In this document: positions 55,901-64,000 of the stretch, piece after piece
Layout: every line of letters starts with the position of its first letter
Numbering within the stretch: position 1 is the first letter of the stretch
DNA from: Eledone cirrhosa
Taxonomy: Eukaryota
Reading direction: 5' to 3'
DNA: 64,000 bases
Assembly (NCBI GenBank): GCA_964016885.1
Contig: OZ024765.1
Span: 1,302,001-1,366,000, forward strand
Made by a program: the position numbers and the translations under genes
The notes under the pieces: model-generated
What the model was told of the DNA's origin: nothing
What the model saw: the letters and a program-made list of their open reading frames with translations, nothing else
The model's database searches: none

Positions 55901-56005
55901 TGAGGACCTGACGGCCATAGGTGTGTTTTTATTGCTCAGCTATGGTGACACTGACTAAAAGACTGCTGAAGGCTTGATGTGTGTTTTTACTGTTCAGACA
56001 AGGTG
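52995..56005. repeat. 58-bp satellite array, about 51 copies
   Basis: Unit cagactgttgaggaccaggggtgtgtttttactgttcagctaaggtgacactggctaa. Confidence 0.97.
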
Positions 56006-58303
56006 ATGGGACATCATAGACAACTTAGTACTCAAATTGAGCTACTGACCTCACAGACAGTCCAGGGACCCGCATCTCGCTTACATGTAGTCCCAAAACT
56101 CAACAGAGTGCACTGGGAGATTTTAATTCCAGAAGGTTGTCAACTCTTAGACAAAACGAAGAGACCTCATGTCTCGTTGTTTGGTCATTTTTCTAAGGCT
56201 GGATGCTCTTGCTATCACCATCCACTTCACAGGGAGTACTGGGTGTATTTATCGAGCAAATCACCAGCACTAGGGAGGTTATCATGTCTTTGACACAACT
56301 GAAGTATGCACCCAATCTTTTGTGTGACAATTTTTTTAAGGCTGGATACCCTTCCTGTCACCAACCACCTTACAGGGTGTACTGGGGGTTTTTATCATAT
56401 CACTGACACTTGAGAGGTGACAACTGAAGAATGCTTTCAACCCTTTTTAGTGTGGTTTATACAGCATTTATATTTAGTGTGGTTTATACAGCACTTTTCA
56501 TGGTACCAGCAACATATAATATTTACCCTTTAGCATTTACGTTACTCTATATTTACTATTGTATTTTTACAATAAAGGATTTATCTCACATAATATTGAA
56601 TCTACAAGATTTTGATATTATTTATTTTGAGAACAATACCTTAACATAAGCATGAGCAGCCAGTTACAGGCAGTTTGAACAGAAAGAGGTGAGAGAATTC
56701 TGACCGGATACGGCCGGTTTAAATTCAATTTCAATTTGTTCACCCTCCAGGACACCCCACAGAATACACAAAGTTCCCAAGTCCACTCTGTCCCTCACCT
56801 CTTGTGTGTTAACCACTCCAGTATCTCTCAATAGAGTGTTGATCTAGGTGGCATTCCCCCGCCTCGATGTACTCTTCCGTCTCTTGGCTTCCATAGCTTG
56901 CTCACAATTTCCTCATCATGACATTAAGCAGTGACCAGGCCAGCAAGTTTCATTCTCCATTGCTGTATCTTATCTGAAACCTTTGAGAGATCCTTATAAA
57001 GTTCCTGGTTTGTCCCTGCCTTGACGTATTTATTGCTATACACAGCAAACATGTGTAGCATTTATCCAGAAACCTCTAGGAGATTCTTATAAAAGCCCTG
57101 GTTTGTTTGGTGTGTTCCTGTGTAATCTCCATCTAGAAACCTTAAGATCTTTATGAAGTCCTTGGTTTATTGTCCAGTTGTTCCTGCTATGATGTATTTA
57201 TTGCTATACACAGCAAACATGTGTAGCATCTATCCAGAGATCTTTATAAAAGCTCTGGTTTGTCCAGCGTGTTCCTGCCATGATGTATTTGTTACTATAC
57301 ACAACATACCTGTGCAACATCTATCTAGTGGTTTCTTCAGAGCTTTCATGATTAAGTTTATCATTCATATAGACAGTATGCCCCTCAGCCCTCCCACTGT
57401 AAAGTGGTCGTGTCAGTGCCACGGCAAAAAAGCACCCAGCACTCACTGTAAATGAGGTTGGTGTTAGGAATGGCATCCAGCTGTAGAAATCAAGCCAAAA
57501 TCAGTTCTGTATGAGCAAGACATGGTCACCTGACCTGGCATTGCACACAACAGGACAACCTGCCTGACCCATGCTAGTGTGGAAGAATGGACGTAAAACA
57601 GTGATGAGGATGGTGATTCATATAACAAGACAGATTCTACAATTACGGTAAATAGTCTTATACAGTCAAATATACATTTATATGCCGTTGAACGATGTAA
57701 AACCAGAAGACGTTGGGTTCTTTATTGGTCAACCACACATCATCATCATTTTACGTCCACTTTTCCCTGCTTGCAAGGGTGGGACGGGAACTGATTCTGG
57801 CTTGATTTCTACAGCTGGATGCCCTTCCTAACACCAACCTCATTTACAGTGAGTGCTGGGTGCTTTTTTGCCGTGGCACCTCCACGACCACTTTGCAGTG
57901 GAATGATAGGGACGCCAGTCCCTATCATCTCATTTCTACAGCTGAGTAAACTGGAGCAATGTGAAATAAAGTGTCTTGCTCAAGGAAACAACACATCACC
58001 CGGTCTGAGAATTGAACTCACAACCTTTCGATTGCAAGGCCAATGCTCTAACCACTAAGCCATGTGCCTCCATGGCAGCGTGAGTGTAATTTAAAATAAA
58101 AAATATTAGCTGTAATGTGCACAATTAGTTGTCATGTGTGGCCCTCAGATTGACATGCCTACCTTAGGAGGTGATCACCTACCACAAGAACTACTGGTCA
58201 CACTGCTGATTCTTGCCACAACCATCCTTCCTAAGATATATTGAGTTCTAACAACATTATCAGCTCCACCACAACCAGGTGGACTCCAATACAGTCAAAT
58301 ATT

Positions 58304-61300
58304 TCTGAATTGAGAGATCACAGCTCTGATACTACAGACATGTGGTTAGAATGTCTCAGGAAAGAATCTCTGAATTGAGAGATCACAGCTCTGATACTAC
58401 AGACATGTGGTTAGAATGTCTCAGGAAAGAATCTCTGAATTGAGAGATCACAGCTCTGATACTACAGACATGTGGTTAAAATGTCTCAGGAAAGAATCTC
58501 TGAATTGAGAGATCACAGCTCTGATACTACAGACATGTGGTTAAAATGTCTCAGGAAAGAATCTCTGAATTGAGAGATCACAGCTCTGATACTACAGACA
58601 TGTGGTTAGAATGTCTCAGGAAAGAATCTCTGAATTGAGAGATCACAGCTCTGATACTACAGACATGTGGTTAGAATGTCTCAAGAAAGAATCTCTGAAT
58701 TGAGAGATCACAGCTCTGATACTACAGACATGTGGTTAAAATGTCTCAGGAAAGAATCTCTGAATTGAGAGATCACAGCTCTGATACTACAGACATGTGG
58801 TTAAAATGTCTCAGGAAAGAATCTCTGAATTGAGAGATCACAGCTCTGATACTACAGACATGTGGTTAAAATGTCTCAGGAAAGAATCTCTGAATTGAGA
58901 GATCACAGCTCTGATACTACAGACATGTGGTTAGAATATCTCAGGAAAGAATCTCTGAATTGAGAGATCACAGCTCTGATACTACAGACATGTGGTTAAA
59001 ATGTCTCAGGAAAGAATCTCTGAATTGAGAGATCACAGCTCTGATACTACAGACATGTGGTTAAAATGTCTCAGGAAAGAATCTCTGAATTGAGAGATCA
59101 CAGCTCTGATACTACAGACATGTGGTTAAAATGTCTCAGGAAAGAATCTCTGAATTGAGAGATCACAGCTCTGATACTACAGACATGTGGTTAAAATGTC
59201 TCAGGAAAGAATCTCTGAATTGCGAGATCACAGCTCTGATACTACAGACATGTGGTTAGAATGTCTCAGGAAAGAATCTCTGAATTGAGAGATCACAGCT
59301 CTGATACTACAGACATGTGGTTAAAATGTCTCAGGAAAGAATCTCTGAATTGAGAGATCACAGCTCTGATACTAGACATGTGGTTAGAATGTCTCAGGAA
59401 AGAATCTCTGAATTGAGAGATCACAGCTCTGATACTACAGACATGTGGTTAAAATGTCTCAGGAAAGAATCTCTGAATTGAGAGATCACAGCTCTGATAC
59501 TACAGACATGTGGTTAAAATGTCTCAGGAAAGAATCTCTGAATTGAGAGATCACAGCTCTGATACTACAGACATGTGGTTAGAATGTCTCAGGAAAGAAT
59601 CTCTGAATTGAGAGATCACAGCTCTGATACTACAGACATGTGGTTAGAATGTTTCAGGAAAGAATCTCTGAATTGAGAGATCACAGCTCTGATACTACAG
59701 ACATGTGGTTAAAATGTCTCAGGAAAGAATCTCTGAATTGAGAGATCACAGCTCTGATACTACAGACATGTGGTTAAAATGTCTCAGGAAAGAATCTCTG
59801 AATTGAGAGATCACAGCTCTGATACTACAGACATGTGGTTAGAATGTCTCAGGAAAGAATCTCTGAATTGAGAGATCACAGCTCTGATACTACAGACATG
59901 TGGTTAAAATGTCTCAGGAAAGAATCTCTGAATTGAGAGATCACAGCTCTGATACTAGACATGTGGTTAGAATGTCTCAGGAAAGAATCTCTGAATTGAG
60001 AGATCACAGCTCTGATACTACAGACATGTGGTTAAAATGTCTCAGGAAAGAATCTCTGAATTGAGAGATCACAGCTCTGATACTACAGACATGTGGTTAA
60101 AATGTCTCAGGAAAGAATCTCTGAATTGAGAGATCACAGCTCTGATACTACAGACATGTGGTTAGAATGTCTCAGGAAAGAATCTCTGAATTGAGAGATC
60201 ACAGCTCTGATACTACAGACATGTGGTTAGAATGTCTCAGGAAAGAATCTCTGAATTGAGAGATCACAGCTCTGATACTACAGACATGTGGTTAAAATGT
60301 CTCAGGAAAGAATCTCTGAATTGAGAGATCACAGCTCTGATACTACAGACATGTGGTTAAAATGTCTCAGGAAAGAATCTCTGAATTGAGAGATCACAGC
60401 TCTGATACTACAGACATGTGGTTAGAATGTCTCAGGAAAGAATCTCTGAATTGAGAGATCACAGCTCTGATACTACAGACATGTGGTTAAAATGTCTCAG
60501 GAAAGAATCTCTGAATTGAGAGATCACAGCTCTGATACTAGACATGTGGTTAGAATGTCTCAGGAAAGAATCTCTGAATTGAGAGATCACAGCTCTGATA
60601 CTACAGACATGTGGTTAAAATGTCTCAGGAAAGAATCTCTGAATTGAGAGATCACAGCTCTGATACTACAGACATGTGGTTAAAATGTCTCAGGAAAGAA
60701 TCTCTGAATTGAGAGATCACAGCTCTGATACTACAGACATGTGGTTAGAATGTCTCAGGAAAGAATCTCTGAATTGAGAGATCACAGCTCTGATACTACA
60801 GACATGTGGTTAGAATGTCTCAGGAAAGAATCTCTGAATTGAGAGATCACAGCTCTGATACTACAGACATGTGGTTAAAATGTCTCAGGAAAGAATCTCT
60901 GAATTGAGAGATCACAGCTCTGATACTAGACATGTGGTTAGAATGTCTCAGGAAAGAATCTCTGAATTGAGAGATCACAGCTCTGATACTACAGACATGT
61001 GGTTAAAATGTCTCAGGAAAGAATCTCTGAATTGAGAGATCACAGCTCTGATACTACAGACATGTGGTTAAAATGTCTCAGGAAAGAATCTCTGAATTGA
61101 GAGATCACAGCTCTGATACTACAGACATGTGGTTAGAATGTCTCAGGAAAGAATCTCTGAATTGAGAGATCACAGCTCTGATACTACAGACATGTGGTTA
61201 GAATGTCTCAGGAAAGAATCTCTGAATTGAGAGATCACAGCTCTGATACTACAGACATGTGGTTAAAATGTCTCAGGAAAGAATCTCTGAATTGAGAGAT

Positions 61301-61520
61301 CACAGCTCTGATACTACAGACATGTGGTTAGAATGTCTCAGGAAAGAATCTCTGGATTGAGAGATCACAGCTCTGATACTACAGACATGTGGTTAGAATG
61401 TCTCAGGAAAGAATCTCTGAATTGAGAGATCACAGCTCTGATACTACAGACATGTGGTTAGAATGTCTCAGGAAAGAATCTCTGAATTGAGAGATCACAG
61501 CTCTGATTAGAATGTCTCAA
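58304..61520 (+). repeat. 65-bp satellite array, about 49 copies, expanded inside an RTE LINE fragment
   Basis: Unit tctgaattgagagatcacagctctgatactacagacatgtggttagaatgtctcaggaaagaatc. LINE sequence continues at 61520-61740. Confidence 0.97.
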
Positions 61521-62017
61521 GAGAGAATTGCTGGACAGATTTTATGGGCAAAACCAACCGGCAGGAGACCTAGGGGTAGACTCAAAGCAAGATGATTGGA
61601 TAACATCCATGAGCTTGGTTGGTCACTCTTGAGGATCTAGCCAGATCAGTTGCTTCTGACAGGACCCTCTGGAAGGAGTATTTGGGGACTCTGCCTGCCC
61701 CCCCCCCCCCCCAGCCCTCTCAGGAATAAGTGGGCAAAGAAGAAACCGACACCCCCTCTCCCTCTTTTATGCTTGAGAAATGGGGCAAAACTCCATACCC
61801 CTGTTTATAAGCTGAGGTAACTAATCAACAGATTATGTTTAGAAAGTTCTGTTTTGAAATTCTCTTTAGTGGAGAATATATTTATGAAATTTTGATATTA
61901 GAATGTTTAAAATGTCATTTAAAGTACAGTTTTTGTTTCACAACTCCATTACGTAATAATTTTTTATCAATTGCTGGCCATTTTGAAGGCCATATTCATT
62001 CAAAACACAAAAAACCA

Positions 62018-62730
62018 ATTTCACCTTCAAAGTGAAACAGGTGTAATATTCCACTCCAAAGTGAAACAGGTGTAATATTCCACTCCAAAGTGAAACTGGT
62101 GTAATATTCCACTCCAAAGTGAAACAGGTGTAATATTCCACTCCAAAGTGAAACAGGTGTAATATTCCACTCCAAAGTGAAACAGGTGTAATATTCCACT
62201 CCAAAGTGAAACAGGTGTAATATTCCACTCCAAAGTGAAACAGGTGTAATATTCCACTCCAAAGTGAAACAGGTGTAATATTCCACTCCAAAGTGAAACA
62301 GGTGTAATATTCCACTCCAAAGTGAAACTGATGCAATATTCACCTTCAAAGTGAAACTGGTGCAATATTCACCTTCAAAGTGAAACTGGTGCAATATTCA
62401 CCTTCAAAGTGAAACTGGTGCAATATTCACCTTCAAAGTGAAACTGGTGCAATATTCACCTTCAAAGTGAAACTGGTGCAATATTCACCTTCAAAGTGAA
62501 ACTGGTGCAATATTCACCTTCAAAGTGAAACTGGTGCAATATTCACCTGCAAAGTGAAACTGGTGCAATATTCACCTTCAAAGTGAAACTGGTGCAATAT
62601 TCACCTTCAAAGTGAAACTGGTGCAATATTCACCTGCAAAGTGAAACTGGTGCAATATTCACCTTCAAAGTGAAACTGGTGCAATATTCACCTGCAAAGT
62701 GAAACTGGTGCAATATTCACCTCCAAAGTG
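62018..62730. repeat. 29-bp minisatellite in two variant blocks
   Basis: caaagtgaaacaggtgtaatattccactc, then caaagtgaaactggtgcaatattcacctt. The unit also occurs 2-3 times at 34675-34755. Confidence 0.95.
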
Positions 62731-62944
62731 ATCGTATTCTTTTGGTCATTACCCAAGATTCATGATCATAAAAAGGGTTGGCACTTTATTCAGCCTCCTT
62801 TCTTCCGAGACCCCGAGCAAGATTGTTGGATAGCATCCTTGAGCTTGGCTGGTCTCGCTTGGGAATCTAGGCAGATCAGTTGGAGATGGTTGCTTCTGAC
62901 ATGACCTGCTGGCACGACCCGCTCAGAAATAAGTGGACGATGAA

Positions 62945-63772
62945 ATATCTCACATAACATTTACATTACTCTATATATACTATTGTATTTTCACAGTAAA
63001 GGCTTTACCTCACATAATATCTCACATAACATTTACATTACTCTATATATACTATTGTATTTTCACAGTAAAGGCTTTACCTCACATAATATCTCGCATA
63101 ACATTTACATTACTCTATATATACTATTGTATTTTCACAGTAAAGGCTTTACCTCACATAATATCTCACATAACATTTACATTACTCTATATATACTATT
63201 GTATTTTCACAGTAAAGGCTTTACCTCACATAATATCTCACATAACATTTACATTACTCTATATATACTATTGTATTTTCACAGTAAAGGCTTTACCTCA
63301 CATAATATCTCACATAACATTTACATTACTCTATATATACTATTGTATTTTCACAGTAAAGGCTTTACCTCACATAATATCTCACATAACATTTACATTA
63401 CTCTATATATACTATTGTATTTTCACAGTAAAGGCTTTACCTCACATAATATCTCACATAACATTTACATTACTCTATATATACTATTGTATTTTCACAG
63501 TAAAGGCTTTACCTCACATAATATCTCACATAACATTTACATTACTCTATATATACTATTGTATTTTCACAGTAAAGGCTTTACCTCACATAATATCTCA
63601 CATAACATTTACATTACTCTATATATACTATTGTATTTTCACAGTAAAGGCTTTACCTCACATAATATCTCACATAACATTTACATTACTCTATATATAC
63701 TATTGTATTTTCACAGTAAAGGCTTTACCTCACATAATATCTCACATAACATTTACATTACTCTATATATAC
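62945..63772. repeat. 72-bp tandem repeat, about 11.5 copies
   Basis: Unit cacataacatttacattactctatatatactattgtattttcacagtaaaggctttacctcacataatatct. Confidence 0.96.
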
Positions 63773-64000
63773 CGGTGGATTGGCAGTATCGGTAGAGGGT
63801 CGGACGCCATGCTTTCCAGCATAGTTACGTCCCTTTACGATCTGAGTTCAAATCCCGCCGAGGTTGACTTTGCCTTTCATCCTTACGGGGTCGATAAAAT
63901 AAAGTACCAGTAATGCACTGGGTAATTGCTGGCCTTGTGCCTAAAGTAGAAACAATTATATTTTCACAGTAAAGTCTTTACCTCACATAATATCGAAACT

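Noticed and set aside
52995-61520. Regular arrays as possible CRISPR
   Set aside because: Head-to-tail units with no unique spacers, no cas genes, and a eukaryotic context.
63772-63860. SINE heads as functional tRNA genes
   Set aside because: A and B boxes are present, but there is no proper cloverleaf and they are fused to SINE bodies.
62933-63913. 326-aa ORF with a 24-aa repeat
   Set aside because: Product of a 72-bp MITE-derived tandem repeat running into a SINE, with no coding evidence.

Overview
AT-rich eukaryotic DNA packed with (TA)n/(CA)n microsatellites. The SINE repertoire and composition suggest a coleoid cephalopod such as Octopus (inference). Three spliced genes could be read by hand: (1) an unidentified acidic, low-complexity protein on the minus strand with a large exon running off the left edge; (2) NDUFAF4 on the plus strand, 3 coding exons, 216 aa; (3) CNOT2 on the minus strand, 16 phase-consistent coding exons, about 514 aa, with probable 5' exons up to about 52.3 kb. 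The rest is tRNA-derived SINEs, RTE/Tx1/other LINE fragments, Tc1/mariner-, piggyBac- and hAT-like MITEs, and many minisatellites, several visibly expanded from pieces of those transposons. The most notable unannotated signals are: at least seven minimal type I hammerhead-ribozyme motifs in several unrelated short elements sitting in TA microsatellites (Penelope/retrozyme-like); a fold-back family with a variable apex; tRNA-like cloverleaves inside inverted-repeat elements; and candidate stop-containing cassette exons in CNOT2. Most entries in the ORF track are microsatellite or minisatellite artefacts. Repeat boundaries are approximate.
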